A DNA stretch of 64,000 nucleotides from contig JACKER010000007.1 in the NCBI GenBank assembly GCA_020632925.1, forward strand, positions 116,910 to 180,909, given 5' to 3'. Of the stretch, positions 20,185-29,289 are shown in pieces. Both the position numbers and the translations under genes were made by a program. The DNA comes from Alphaproteobacteria bacterium (GTDB taxonomy: Bacteria > Myxococcota_A > UBA796 > GCA-2862545). The notes beneath the pieces were generated by a model. That model searched no databases. It was not told where the DNA came from and was given only the letters and a program-made list of their open reading frames with translations. How positions within the stretch are numbered: the stretch's first letter is position 1; each line of letters opens with the position of its first letter.

Positions 20185-21090
20185 TCACTCGGTCGCGCGG
20201 CCCCGTCCGGCCAGCCGGCGGAGCTCCTCGGGCACCACGGACGGGTCGGTGGAGGGGAGGGGACGTCGGCGGTTCAGCTCGTCGACGACGTGCTCCGCAC
20301 GCTCCCGGGTGTCGAGCGGGACGGTCGCGGCGTCGGTGGTCAGGAGCACGGCGCGCGCACCCTCCTCGCCGACCTCGAGCCGGATGTCGCGGATCGTGGA
20401 CCAGGGGATCCGGCGGCCCGTGCCGGGGTCGACGCCGATCCGGTCGATGACGACCGAGCGCCGCGGCAACAACGCGCTGGCGCCCAGCGCGAGCGAGGCG
20501 AGCACCAGGACGGCCACGATCCGGGAACCTCCGACCCAGCCCAGCTGTGCTGCGCCGATCGATGCGAGCGCGACCAGGACGTAGGCCCACAGCGCCCAAC
20601 GGGTCCAGGGGTGGCGGGACATCGCGAGCCGCTCGGGCGGTGGTGCCGCCGTCGGGACCGCGGGAGGCTCGGGGTCGGGTGCCGGGACCTCCTGTCCGCG
20701 GACCCTGCGGGCCCGGGCGCCGATCGCGTCCGCGATCCAGCGGAGCTGGGCAGCACAGCGCTCGCGCTCCTCGGGCCGCTGCCCCTCGTGGGTGTACGTG
20801 CCGAGTGCCTCGCGGCCACCGTTGAGGCGGAGCGCCCACATCCACGTGCGGTCCCCTCGCTCTTCGATCACGCCGCGCGCGAGGCGGTCCAGGTGGATCC
20901 GTAGCTCCCGGTCACCGGGTCCGCGCACGAACAGGTGCTCGCGACGGACCTCGATCCGCACGGGCCGGGCGGTCGTGTGGTCCCACAGGTAGAACCAGAA
21001 TCCGTCGGGGTCCTCCTCGAGCTGACCGAGCGTCTGCTCGGGCGCGCTTCGCCGCGACCAGGGATCCGTCCCACCCATCCGCGCGATCAT
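20185..21090 (-). CDS. membrane protein, paralog A of 23963..25132 (possible bacterial PH-like domain after two TM helices)
   Basis: 301 aa. A soluble N-terminal domain, two hydrophobic helices (WALWAYVLVALASIGAAQLGW, IVAVLVLASLALGASALL), and a C-terminal domain. Clear paralogy to the protein at 23963..25132, for example RWIADAIGARARRVRG vs QWIAEALTARAQHARG, and IPWSTIRDIRLE vs IRWSEVGAIELR. Confidence 0.5.
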   Translation of the reverse strand: MIARMGGTDPWSRRSAPEQTLGQLEEDPDGFWFYLWDHTTARPVRIEVRREHLFVRGPGDRELRIHLDRLARGVIEERGDRTWMWALRLNGGREALGTYTHEGQRPEERERCAAQLRWIADAIGARARRVRGQEVPAPDPEPPAVPTAAPPPERLAMSRHPWTRWALWAYVLVALASIGAAQLGWVGGSRIVAVLVLASLALGASALLPRRSVVIDRIGVDPGTGRRIPWSTIRDIRLEVGEEGARAVLLTTDAATVPLDTRERAEHVVDELNRRRPLPSTDPSVVPEELRRLAGRGRATE

Positions 21091-21094
21091 GCCC

Positions 21095-21670
21095 TCAGGG
21101 CGCGATGGCGGTCACGTCGAAGTCGACGCTCGCGTCGGTCTCCCCCGGGATGGCCGACAGCCCCTCGGTCGCGACGGTGTCCGCGAGGTCCGCGGTCTTC
21201 TGCGGGACGCCGCCCTGGAGCGGCAGGTGGCGCAGGGTCACCGTGAGCACGCCCGTCCCGGACGCCTGGGGGGTGACCTCGGCGCTCAGGCCCACGGGGA
21301 AGCCGTTGTCGTCGGTGTCGGCGTACGCGATGTCCAGCAGCCCGTCGACCGCGGTCCCGGTGAAGAACACCTGGTGCTGGTCGGACTCCTCCGCCACCTC
21401 GGTGGTGACGTCATCGGTCGGATCGGAGAGCTCGTCGAGGAAGCTCACGGACAGGTCCCAGGTCTCGCCGACACCGAGCTCGATCGGGTCGATTACGGGA
21501 GAACCGTCGTTCTCCGGGTCCGCCCACGTCGCCTCGACGGTGTTGCCGGAGGTCTGGCCGACGAACGTGAGCGTCACCGTCGTGATCACCTCCTGCTCGT
21601 TGTCCTCGGTCGGGTTGCTCACGTCGGAGCAGGCGGCCAGCAGCAGCGCGGCCAGCAGGGCGCGGTTCAT
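21095..21670 (-). CDS. lipoprotein
   Basis: MNRALLAALLLAACSD lipobox. Acidic/Thr-rich mature protein. 12 nt downstream of the TonB-dependent receptor. Confidence 0.55.
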   Translation of the reverse strand: MNRALLAALLLAACSDVSNPTEDNEQEVITTVTLTFVGQTSGNTVEATWADPENDGSPVIDPIELGVGETWDLSVSFLDELSDPTDDVTTEVAEESDQHQVFFTGTAVDGLLDIAYADTDDNGFPVGLSAEVTPQASGTGVLTVTLRHLPLQGGVPQKTADLADTVATEGLSAIPGETDASVDFDVTAIAP

Positions 21671-21682
21671 CTCGTCTCCAGG

Positions 21683-23806
21683 TCAGAAGTCCATGCCGAG
21701 GCGGAGGCGGACCTCGCGGCCCGGCTCGTCGGCGGAGTAGCGGAGGAGGCTCGTGTACTCGCGGTACCGGGCGTCGAGCAGGTTGTTGCCCTCCACCCCC
21801 ACGCGCAGCAGGTCGTGGCCCACGGGCACCTCGGCGCTCGCGGAGGCTCCGACGAGCACGTAGCCGTCGGGCGGCGGCGCGAGGTCCACGTCTTCGTCGA
21901 CGTGGGTCTGGCGGGCGACCCAGGTCACGTTCGCCTGCACGACGGCCTCGTCGAAGCCGCGGATGCGGGGGCGCCCGAGCAGCGCGCCGCGCACGCGGTC
22001 GGGTGGGATCATCACCAGCCCCGCGCCGGTCGCGAGATCGACGGCCCGCACGATGGCGACGCTGGTGGTCGCGCCGATCACCTCGTCGGGCAGCAGCTCG
22101 ACCTGGCCGTCCCCGCCGTAGAACATCGCGTCGATCGGCCGGAAGTCGTAGCGCGGGTACGCGCCCCGGATGGTCACGTCGAACGCTGGCGAGCCGTCCG
22201 GGCCGAGCGCGGGCGCGAAGTAGATGTAGTTCTGGATCAGGTTGCCGTAGACCGAGCCCTCGCCGCGCAGCCAGCGCAGGTCCCAGCCCAGGGTGGGGGA
22301 GGCGCCCCAGGTGGTCTCCACGCCGAGCGAGGGGTCGCCGAGCGCATAGACCGGCGAGGTCGGGGCGCTCCCGTTCATGTACTGCTCGTCCGCGTTCGGG
22401 AAGCGGTTCGCCGACGACAGGTCGAGGCGGGTCTCGATCTGCTCGCTCGGCCGCCAGAGCGCTCCGAGGGACAGGCTGCCGCCGGTCCACGCCGAGTTGC
22501 ACCGGACCGAGGTGTCGCCCGGTGCACAGTCGTCGGGTGCCAGCGTTCCGCGGTCGACGTGCCGGGAGAACGCGTCCTGCGTGAGGAAGGCCTGCCGAGC
22601 GAGGTGGTCGACCCGCGCCCCGGCCTCGATCACGACCTCGTGCACGTGCCAGCGCTCGATGGCGAACAGGCCGCCCGACAGGGCGCGGTAGTTGGGGATC
22701 AGCGGCAGCCCGGCGTACACGTTCTCCTGGAAGGAGGCGTCGAAGCCGATGCCGCCCTCGTGCGTGCCCTCGCCGAGCACGTGCGCGCCGTGGCCCAGCC
22801 AGCCGTCCAGGCTGTGGGTGCGCAGGACGAAGTCGTACTGGGCGCCCGCGGCGTCGCCACCGCGCACCGGCTCGGCCTCCTGTCGGTGATCGAGCTGGAA
22901 CGCGTAGGTGAGCTGGAGGCTGCCGCTGCCGACCGGGAACGCCCCGCGCAGGAGCGCCAGGTCGTGGGCCACCTGCTGGTAGGGCCGATCGATCGTGTAG
23001 CTCGTGGTCCAGCTCTCGCTGCCCACGGGGACGGGGTCGTCCAGGCGGTCGAGGAAGTCGTCGGGGCTCTCCGCACCCACGCAGTAGCAGACGCCGCCGA
23101 GGAAGTCGTAGTGCCGCCAGGACGCCGTGATGGTCGACATGCCGATGCGCGCGGCCACCGTGCCGCCCAGGTTCCACGTGATCGACGCCGTGTTGCCGAG
23201 CACGTAGTCGGGCGTGTGCAGCGCCGCCCCGCGCCCGTAGTTGCCCTCGAGCCGGAAGGTCAGGCCCGGCGCCTTCGCGAGCACCCCGTCCACGCGGCCC
23301 GCCGCCACCCCGCGCCACCCGTTGGACACGCCCACGAGCTGCACCTTGCCGCCCAGCCCCACCTCGTCGCGCAGCGGAGGAGGCTCCACGAGGACCACGC
23401 CGCCGATCGCGTCGGGACCGTAGCGGACACCCGCCGCGCCCTTCACGACGTCGATCTTGCCGGCGGCGAAGGGGTCGATCTCGGTGGCGTGGTCCTGGCC
23501 CCACTTCTGGCTCTCGTGCCGCACGCCGTCGAAGAGCACGAGCAGGCGGCGCTCGGTCTGGCCGCGGAGGATGGGCTTGGTGTTGTCGCCGTTCCCGCGT
23601 GCGGCGACGACCCCCGGGACGGCGGCCACCGCTTCGGCGAGGTCGGAGCCCGCCTCCTTCGCCAGCGCCCCTTCGTCCAGCGTGGTGCGCGCGTGCGTGT
23701 CCTCCTCGGCGGCCGAGCGACCCTCGACGACGATCTCCTCGACGTCGTCCAGATCCTCGTCCGTCGAGGGCTCCTCCGCCCACGCCACGGCCATCCACCA
23801 GAGCAC
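21683..23806 (-). CDS. TonB-dependent outer-membrane receptor
   Basis: Plug domain motifs (EEIVVEG, TTLDEGAL, VPGV, NTKPILRGQ, RLLVLFDGVR). 22-strand barrel-like composition. C-terminal ...RLRLGMDF. Confidence 0.8.
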   Translation of the reverse strand: MLWWMAVAWAEEPSTDEDLDDVEEIVVEGRSAAEEDTHARTTLDEGALAKEAGSDLAEAVAAVPGVVAARGNGDNTKPILRGQTERRLLVLFDGVRHESQKWGQDHATEIDPFAAGKIDVVKGAAGVRYGPDAIGGVVLVEPPPLRDEVGLGGKVQLVGVSNGWRGVAAGRVDGVLAKAPGLTFRLEGNYGRGAALHTPDYVLGNTASITWNLGGTVAARIGMSTITASWRHYDFLGGVCYCVGAESPDDFLDRLDDPVPVGSESWTTSYTIDRPYQQVAHDLALLRGAFPVGSGSLQLTYAFQLDHRQEAEPVRGGDAAGAQYDFVLRTHSLDGWLGHGAHVLGEGTHEGGIGFDASFQENVYAGLPLIPNYRALSGGLFAIERWHVHEVVIEAGARVDHLARQAFLTQDAFSRHVDRGTLAPDDCAPGDTSVRCNSAWTGGSLSLGALWRPSEQIETRLDLSSANRFPNADEQYMNGSAPTSPVYALGDPSLGVETTWGASPTLGWDLRWLRGEGSVYGNLIQNYIYFAPALGPDGSPAFDVTIRGAYPRYDFRPIDAMFYGGDGQVELLPDEVIGATTSVAIVRAVDLATGAGLVMIPPDRVRGALLGRPRIRGFDEAVVQANVTWVARQTHVDEDVDLAPPPDGYVLVGASASAEVPVGHDLLRVGVEGNNLLDARYREYTSLLRYSADEPGREVRLRLGMDF

Positions 23807-23962
23807 CCGCTGCCCTCCACGCGGCGAGGGTAGTCACCGGGGTGTGCGCCGGCGCGTGACACGTTGTCCCGCCAATGGATCCATCGGTGGCGGATCATGC
23901 GCTTGTAACGTCGCGTTACGGGCCGCCATGCACCCGCTGGGGTGCGGCGGGATGTCGCAGGC

Positions 23963-25132
23963 TCAGTCGTCTTCGGGCGGTCGTGGCGGGGGGGCCACCG
24001 GGACGGCGGCAGCGGGGATCCTCGCCACGGGACGCCGCATCGGGGCCGGCTGGAGGTCGGGACCGCGGGGTAGCTTCGTGAGGGCCCGCAGGGCCTCGGG
24101 CACTTCGGAGGCGTCGCTGCTCACCAGCCGTCGACGTCGCTCCATCTCGCCTGCGAGCCAGCGGAGGTGGTCCTCGGTCGGGTAGTACTCCCGCCGCCCA
24201 CCGATCGCGAAGGCGACCACGAGCTCGCCTCCGTCGACGCGGTGGAGCACCAGCTGCCGCTGGCGCAGCCCGTTGACGGGCACGCTACCCGGGTCGCGCA
24301 GCTCGATGGCACCCACCTCGGACCAACGGATCCGGGTTGTTCCGTACCGGCTCACGCTCAGACCGACGAGGTCCATCACCAGTCGGTGGCGCCGGGGGTA
24401 GAGCAGCGTGAGGAACCCGAGTCCCATCCCCAACGTCGACGGGAGCGCGCACGGGCCGAAGCCCCCGTCGATCACCAGGGTGGAGAGGACGGCGAGGGCA
24501 TAGCCGCCGACGAAGAGCGCGAGGGCTGCGCCGCACCCGATCAGCACCTCCCTGGGCCAGGCGGCGAGCTCGACCGTCAGCTTCTCGCCCTGGTCCGTCA
24601 CCGCCATGGCGCTGCGGGCGCCGGTCGCCGCGCGGACCCGGTCCTCGGCGAGCGGATCCGAGGGCCGCACGACCTCACCCCTGGCGTGTTGCGCCCGGGC
24701 GGTGAGCGCTTCCGCGATCCACTGGTAGGACCTGGCCGCCCGCTCCTCCGACGACTTTCGCTTGCGCGGGGCCCAGTGCAGCGTGCCGATCGTGTGGTCG
24801 GGACGGTCGGGGTCGACGAAGGTCACCACGAACCGTCCGGTGCGGATCTTTTGTCCGCGCGCGAACACCACCCGCTGCACCTCGGCCAGGTCGACGTCGC
24901 AGGGCTCCTGGTCGTCCAGGAGGGCCGGGGTGACGACGAGCCGTCCGTGGTGGACGTCGAGTCGGGTGTAGTGGTCCTCGACGACGACCTTCCGTCCGGC
25001 GAGGAGACCGAGCACACCCACGTCGCTCGGCGCGGTCGACAGGTAGAGGAAGAAGCCGAGGGGGTCGTCCTCGTGGCGTCCGAGCGTGCGGTCGGGTGCG
25101 TTGCCGACGAGCCAGGGGTCGAGGGCCGTCAC
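23963..25132 (-). CDS. membrane protein, paralog B of 20185..21090
   Basis: The start was set at GTG (VTALDPWLVGNAPDRTLG), which aligns with MIARMGGTDPW of paralog A. Same architecture of two TM helices plus a C-terminal domain. It begins 2 nt after the stop of the upstream MopE-like lipoprotein. Confidence 0.45.
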   Translation of the reverse strand: MTALDPWLVGNAPDRTLGRHEDDPLGFFLYLSTAPSDVGVLGLLAGRKVVVEDHYTRLDVHHGRLVVTPALLDDQEPCDVDLAEVQRVVFARGQKIRTGRFVVTFVDPDRPDHTIGTLHWAPRKRKSSEERAARSYQWIAEALTARAQHARGEVVRPSDPLAEDRVRAATGARSAMAVTDQGEKLTVELAAWPREVLIGCGAALALFVGGYALAVLSTLVIDGGFGPCALPSTLGMGLGFLTLLYPRRHRLVMDLVGLSVSRYGTTRIRWSEVGAIELRDPGSVPVNGLRQRQLVLHRVDGGELVVAFAIGGRREYYPTEDHLRWLAGEMERRRRLVSSDASEVPEALRALTKLPRGPDLQPAPMRRPVARIPAAAVPVAPPPRPPEDD

Positions 25133-25134
25133 CG

Positions 25135-26844
25135 TCAGTGCCGGTCGTACCCGCTGGCCCAGAAGGCGACGTTGTACGAGGTCCGCACGGAGTTCCCGTT
25201 GGGCGGGCTGTAGTCCAGCATCGAGCTCACGAGCACGCCGCGGTAGCTGCCGCTGTCGTACCCGACCAGGACGTTGAGCCCGTCCGTCGATTGCATCACG
25301 ATCTCGGCGCCGGGCAGCAGCGCTCCGCTCCAAACGCCGTTCACCCGCTGCGCGTAGGGGTGGCTGTCGAGCTGGTACGACGCGGGCAGGCCGAACGCGA
25401 CGGGGTGGTCGGGCTCGAGCACGTTCACGGTGGTCTGGCAGGAGATGTAGTTCGGGTTGAGGGCGGTGCGGTCCACGCCCATGAGGTCGGCGACGGCGCT
25501 GTTGTCGGTGGCCGAGTAGTCGATGAGGTAGGTCATCACCAGGCCGCCGTGCCCACCCTCCACGAACGCGCGGATCGCGTCGGTCTGGGCCGCGGAGTAC
25601 CGCACGCCGGGGCCGGCGGGGTTCGGCGACCAGAGCACGGTCGCGCCGCTGTTGATCATGGTGGGCAGATCGATCGTCCGGATGTCGACCGCGCGCGCCG
25701 GGCAGTCGCCGTACAGCGCCCAGTCGCGCTGCAGCTCGTCCCACACACCGGAGACGCTGGTGGCGGCGTTGTTCCCGGGCAGGACCCCGATGATCACCTC
25801 GACGCAGGGGTTGCAGTCCTCCCCGTCGCAGTCGGAGTCGATCAGGTCGTCGCACTCGTCGGGTGCCGTGGGGTGGATGGTGATGTCGGCGTCGTCGCAG
25901 TCCCGCTCGACCTCTGCGACATAGCTCGCGTCGGGCGGGTGGCAGCTCGGGCCCGAGATGGGCGCGCTCCCCCAGCCGTCCCCGTCGTGATCCTGGCGCC
26001 AGATCACGTCCTCGAACACGCTGGGGTCGCGGTCGTCGCAGTCGTCGCCGGTCGCGACGTACCGCTGCGGGCGCACGCAGGCGAGCTCCGTGGTGTCGGC
26101 GTCGCCGTGCCCGTCGCGATCGAGGTCGCGGTACCAGGTGGTCGCGGTCAGCAGGTCGAGCGAGTCGTCGTCGTCGTCCGCCAGGTCGTCGCAGTCGTCG
26201 TCCTGCCCGCCGTTGCAGACCTCCTCGGCGCCCGGCCGCACCTCGGGATCGGCGTCGTCGCAGTCGCTGCCGTCGAGCACGTACCCACGGGGCAGGCGGC
26301 AGCGGCGCACGAACGTGTCGCGGTCGCCGAAGCCGTCGAGATCGTCGTCCACGAAGTAGCTGGTGAGGCTCTCGGGATCGAGATCGTCGTCATCCTCGTC
26401 GTAGAACCCGTCACAGTCCTCGTCGGCACCACCGCAGACCTCGCTCGCCTCCGGGTTCGTCGCCGGGTCGTCGTCATCGCAGTCGGTGGCGTCCTGCACC
26501 CAGTCGGGGCCGGGCTTCTTGCAGGCGAGCTCGCTCGGGAAGGGGAAGCCGAAGCCGTCGCCGTCGCGGTCCTGATACCACTGGCGGACGGGCTGGTCCT
26601 CGTCGATCACCCCGTCGCAGTCGTCGTCCACGCCGTTGCAGAGCTCCTTGCTGTCCGGGTTGAGCTCGGGATCGGCGTCGTCGCAGTCGAGCGGGTTGGT
26701 GACCTGGCCCGCCTCGAGCGCGCAGACCATGCCGGCGTCGGCGGAGCCGTATCCGTCGCCGTCCTCGTCGAGCCAGGCGTGCACGTCGGCGTGGCAGGGC
26801 GGGGAAGGACGCTCGCACGAGAACAGGAGGAAGACCGGGATCAT
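25135..26844 (-). CDS. lipoprotein with MopE-like putative metal-binding repeats and a C-terminal globular domain
   Basis: Lipobox LLFSC. At least 6 DxDGDG...CDDxDP...CNGxDDDCDG modules. C-terminal region of about 230 aa (GGHGGLVMTYLIDY...). Confidence 0.65.
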   Translation of the reverse strand: MIPVFLLFSCERPSPPCHADVHAWLDEDGDGYGSADAGMVCALEAGQVTNPLDCDDADPELNPDSKELCNGVDDDCDGVIDEDQPVRQWYQDRDGDGFGFPFPSELACKKPGPDWVQDATDCDDDDPATNPEASEVCGGADEDCDGFYDEDDDDLDPESLTSYFVDDDLDGFGDRDTFVRRCRLPRGYVLDGSDCDDADPEVRPGAEEVCNGGQDDDCDDLADDDDDSLDLLTATTWYRDLDRDGHGDADTTELACVRPQRYVATGDDCDDRDPSVFEDVIWRQDHDGDGWGSAPISGPSCHPPDASYVAEVERDCDDADITIHPTAPDECDDLIDSDCDGEDCNPCVEVIIGVLPGNNAATSVSGVWDELQRDWALYGDCPARAVDIRTIDLPTMINSGATVLWSPNPAGPGVRYSAAQTDAIRAFVEGGHGGLVMTYLIDYSATDNSAVADLMGVDRTALNPNYISCQTTVNVLEPDHPVAFGLPASYQLDSHPYAQRVNGVWSGALLPGAEIVMQSTDGLNVLVGYDSGSYRGVLVSSMLDYSPPNGNSVRTSYNVAFWASGYDRH

Positions 26845-26870
26845 AGGGGGGAGTCTACCCGGCCGTTCCG

Positions 26871-27383
26871 CTACTTGGGAGGGGGTAGTTTCTGGAGCTT
26901 GCGCTGGAGCGTGCGACGGTGCAGTCCGAGGCGGCGAGCGGCTTCGGAGATGTTGCCACCACAGGCCTGCAGCACCCCGAGGATGTGGTCGCGCTCCACC
27001 TGGTCGAGGTTCTCCGAGGGGAGCGGGAGCAGCGCGTCGCGCAGGGCCTCCACGATCTGCCGTCCGGACAGGGGCTTGGTCCGGAAGTCGACGGCGCCGG
27101 CGCGCATGGCCTCCACCGCCGTCGGGATCGTGCCGTGGCCGGAGAGCATCACGCAGCGGCAGGCAGGTGCCCGCTCGGCGAGGAGGCGGACCACGTCGAG
27201 CCCGTCACCGTCCTGCAGCTTCAGGTCCACGAGGGCGAGATCGGGGAGCTGGGCCGCGAGAGCCCCCGTCGCCTCTGCGAGTCCGGAGACGAGCACGGGC
27301 TTGAAGCCGGAGCGCCGCAAGGTGTTCCCGAGCGCGCTGCGGAAGTCCGCGTCGTCCTCGACGACCAGCACCGTGTGGCTCAC
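26871..27383 (-). CDS. response regulator, RegA/ActR/PrrA-like (REC + Fis-type HTH)
   Basis: GTG start overlapping the TGA of the kinase gene (GTGA). REC motifs (VLVVEDD, DLALVDLKLQDGDG). C-terminal HTH ISEAARRLGLHRRTLQRKLQK. Confidence 0.8.
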   Translation of the reverse strand: MSHTVLVVEDDADFRSALGNTLRRSGFKPVLVSGLAEATGALAAQLPDLALVDLKLQDGDGLDVVRLLAERAPACRCVMLSGHGTIPTAVEAMRAGAVDFRTKPLSGRQIVEALRDALLPLPSENLDQVERDHILGVLQACGGNISEAARRLGLHRRTLQRKLQKLPPPK

Positions 27384-28549
27384 GCGACCCTCCTCATGCG
27401 GAGGATGGCCGTAGCGCCCCTGGGCTCGGACGGCACGAGCTGCACGCTGCCACCGACGGACTCCGCGAAGCCCCGCGCGACGAAGAGACCCAACCCGGTG
27501 CTTCCCCAACCGCTGCGGAACGGCTCGCCCGCGCGCTCCGGTGGCTCGTCCCCGAGTCCGTGCCCGTCGTCCTGGATCCGCACCTCGAGCTCGTCGTCGC
27601 CCGCGGCGCCGGCGGTGACCCGGACGTGGGTGGCACCAGCGCGCCGGGCGTTGTCGAGCGTGACCCACAGGGCGCCGCGCCAGCCGTCCTCGCCGCCGCG
27701 GACCTCCATGCCGGGGCAGGCCTCCACGTCGACGGCCACCTCGGGGGCCGAGCGCCGCCACTCCTCCACCCAACCCACCAGGTCGACCGCGCAGTGCTCA
27801 CCGGTGCCGCCACGGCCCCGCAGGCGGTCGAGCAGCGCGCCACACCGCTCCACCTGGCGCAACATCGCGGCGGTCTCGGGCTCGTCCGCGCGCTCCTCGA
27901 GCAGCAGCTGCAGCGTGCCGAGCGGGGTGCCGAGCTCGTGCGCCACGCCGGCGGCCAGGGTGCCCAGGGCCGCCAGCCGCTCGGTGGTCGCGCGCTGGCG
28001 CTCTTCCACGGCCTCCTGCTCCCGTCGCTCGCGCAGCTCGGTCGACAGGCGGGTGACGACCCAGGTGATGGCGACGGCGGCGAGGACGAAGGTCGCGAGG
28101 TGCCCGAGGAGATGTGCGCCCGACAGCGGCTCGAGCCCACTGTCCGGCGCGAACACGACGACCGCCTGCAGCGCGACGGCTCCCGCGGTCGCCACCCACG
28201 CGCGTCGAGCGGGGAGCGCCACCGCCAGCAGCGCCACGTAGATGAGCCCGGTCGCCGCCAGCGGGTTGTGGGCGCCCCCGGACAGCAGGAGGACCACGGT
28301 GAGCGCGACCAGATCGACCACCGAGTGCCGCACCACGGCCGCCTCGCCCACCTCGCGCGCGCGCGTCCACAGCGTCTCGCCCACGTCGAGGACGACCAGG
28401 GCCGCCAGGAAGGCCACGAGCGCGGGCGGATGGAGGTGCAGCCCGGTCCCTGCCTCCGCGAGCAGCAACAGGACCACCTGGATCGCGATCCAGCTCCGAC
28501 GGGTGCGCACGAGCCACCGGAGCGCCAGGTCGTGGTTGGAGCCCGTCAT
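27380..28549 (-). CDS. sensor histidine kinase, RegB/PrrB-like (polytopic membrane + HisKA + HATPase)
   Basis: Start MTGSNHDLALRW. Its ATG overlaps the upstream TGA (ATGA). About 6 TM helices. H-box AAGVAHELGTPLGTL. N/G boxes (DDGHGLGDE, GLGLFVARG). Confidence 0.75.
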   Translation of the reverse strand: MTGSNHDLALRWLVRTRRSWIAIQVVLLLLAEAGTGLHLHPPALVAFLAALVVLDVGETLWTRAREVGEAAVVRHSVVDLVALTVVLLLSGGAHNPLAATGLIYVALLAVALPARRAWVATAGAVALQAVVVFAPDSGLEPLSGAHLLGHLATFVLAAVAITWVVTRLSTELRERREQEAVEERQRATTERLAALGTLAAGVAHELGTPLGTLQLLLEERADEPETAAMLRQVERCGALLDRLRGRGGTGEHCAVDLVGWVEEWRRSAPEVAVDVEACPGMEVRGGEDGWRGALWVTLDNARRAGATHVRVTAGAAGDDELEVRIQDDGHGLGDEPPERAGEPFRSGWGSTGLGLFVARGFAESVGGSVQLVPSEPRGATAILRMRRVA

Positions 28550-29289
28550 CCCAGGCCGAACCAGGCGCCGAGCAGCCCTCCCAGCGCGGACAGGGCCGCC
28601 ATCCCGACCCCGACGGCCACCATGCCGCCGACCAGCACGAACACGATCGTCCGTTCCCGGCGCTTCGCTGCCTCCTGCCTGGCCACGAGCTCGTCGCGCA
28701 TCGCGAACACGCCGTGCTTGAGCCGTCGGCGGGCCACGGCACCGGCCTCGACGTGGTCCGACAGGCGCACGGTGGCACCGCAGTGCGTGCAGGTCAGCTG
28801 GACGCGGTGGTCGTCGGGGACGTCGTTGTGCGCGCCGCAGCTCGGGCAGTCCAGCCCCTCGGCGACCAACCGCTTCAGTGCCTCGTTCTCCGCCACCTGC
28901 CGCGCCATGTCGAGCTGGAGCCGCTCGGCGTCGTCGATGTAGGCCGACACGGGCCAGGTCCGGTCGCAGGCCTCGCACCGCACCTGCTTCGCCGTGAGGT
29001 CCAGCGGGACGTCGACCGTCTGGCCGCACTTCAGACAGGGCATGGGGCGGACGGCGGTGCTCTCGTCCTCGAGCTTGGGCGCGGTGGCGATGCTGGCCGG
29101 GTCGAAGGGCTGTTGCACCGCCTCGTTCATCCAACCCACCAGCGCGTCGACCGAGCGGGAGGCCCCGTCGGCGAGCTCGGCCGTCCGCAGCTCCTGGTGG
29201 CAGGACACGCACGTGAAGGTCCCCGTGCGGAGATCTTCGGGCAACGGGTTGCTGGTGCCGCAGGAGGGGCAGGCGAGGGTCTGGCTCAT
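28546..29289 (-). CDS. zinc-ribbon protein with C-terminal membrane anchor (4 x CxxC pairs)
   Basis: MSQTLACPSCG...CVSCH, CLKCG...CEAC, CPSCG...CTHCG; C-terminal TM IVFVLVGGMVAVGVGMAALSALGGLLGAWF. ATGA overlap with the upstream regulator gene. Confidence 0.6.
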   Translation of the reverse strand: MSQTLACPSCGTSNPLPEDLRTGTFTCVSCHQELRTAELADGASRSVDALVGWMNEAVQQPFDPASIATAPKLEDESTAVRPMPCLKCGQTVDVPLDLTAKQVRCEACDRTWPVSAYIDDAERLQLDMARQVAENEALKRLVAEGLDCPSCGAHNDVPDDHRVQLTCTHCGATVRLSDHVEAGAVARRRLKHGVFAMRDELVARQEAAKRRERTIVFVLVGGMVAVGVGMAALSALGGLLGAWFGLG

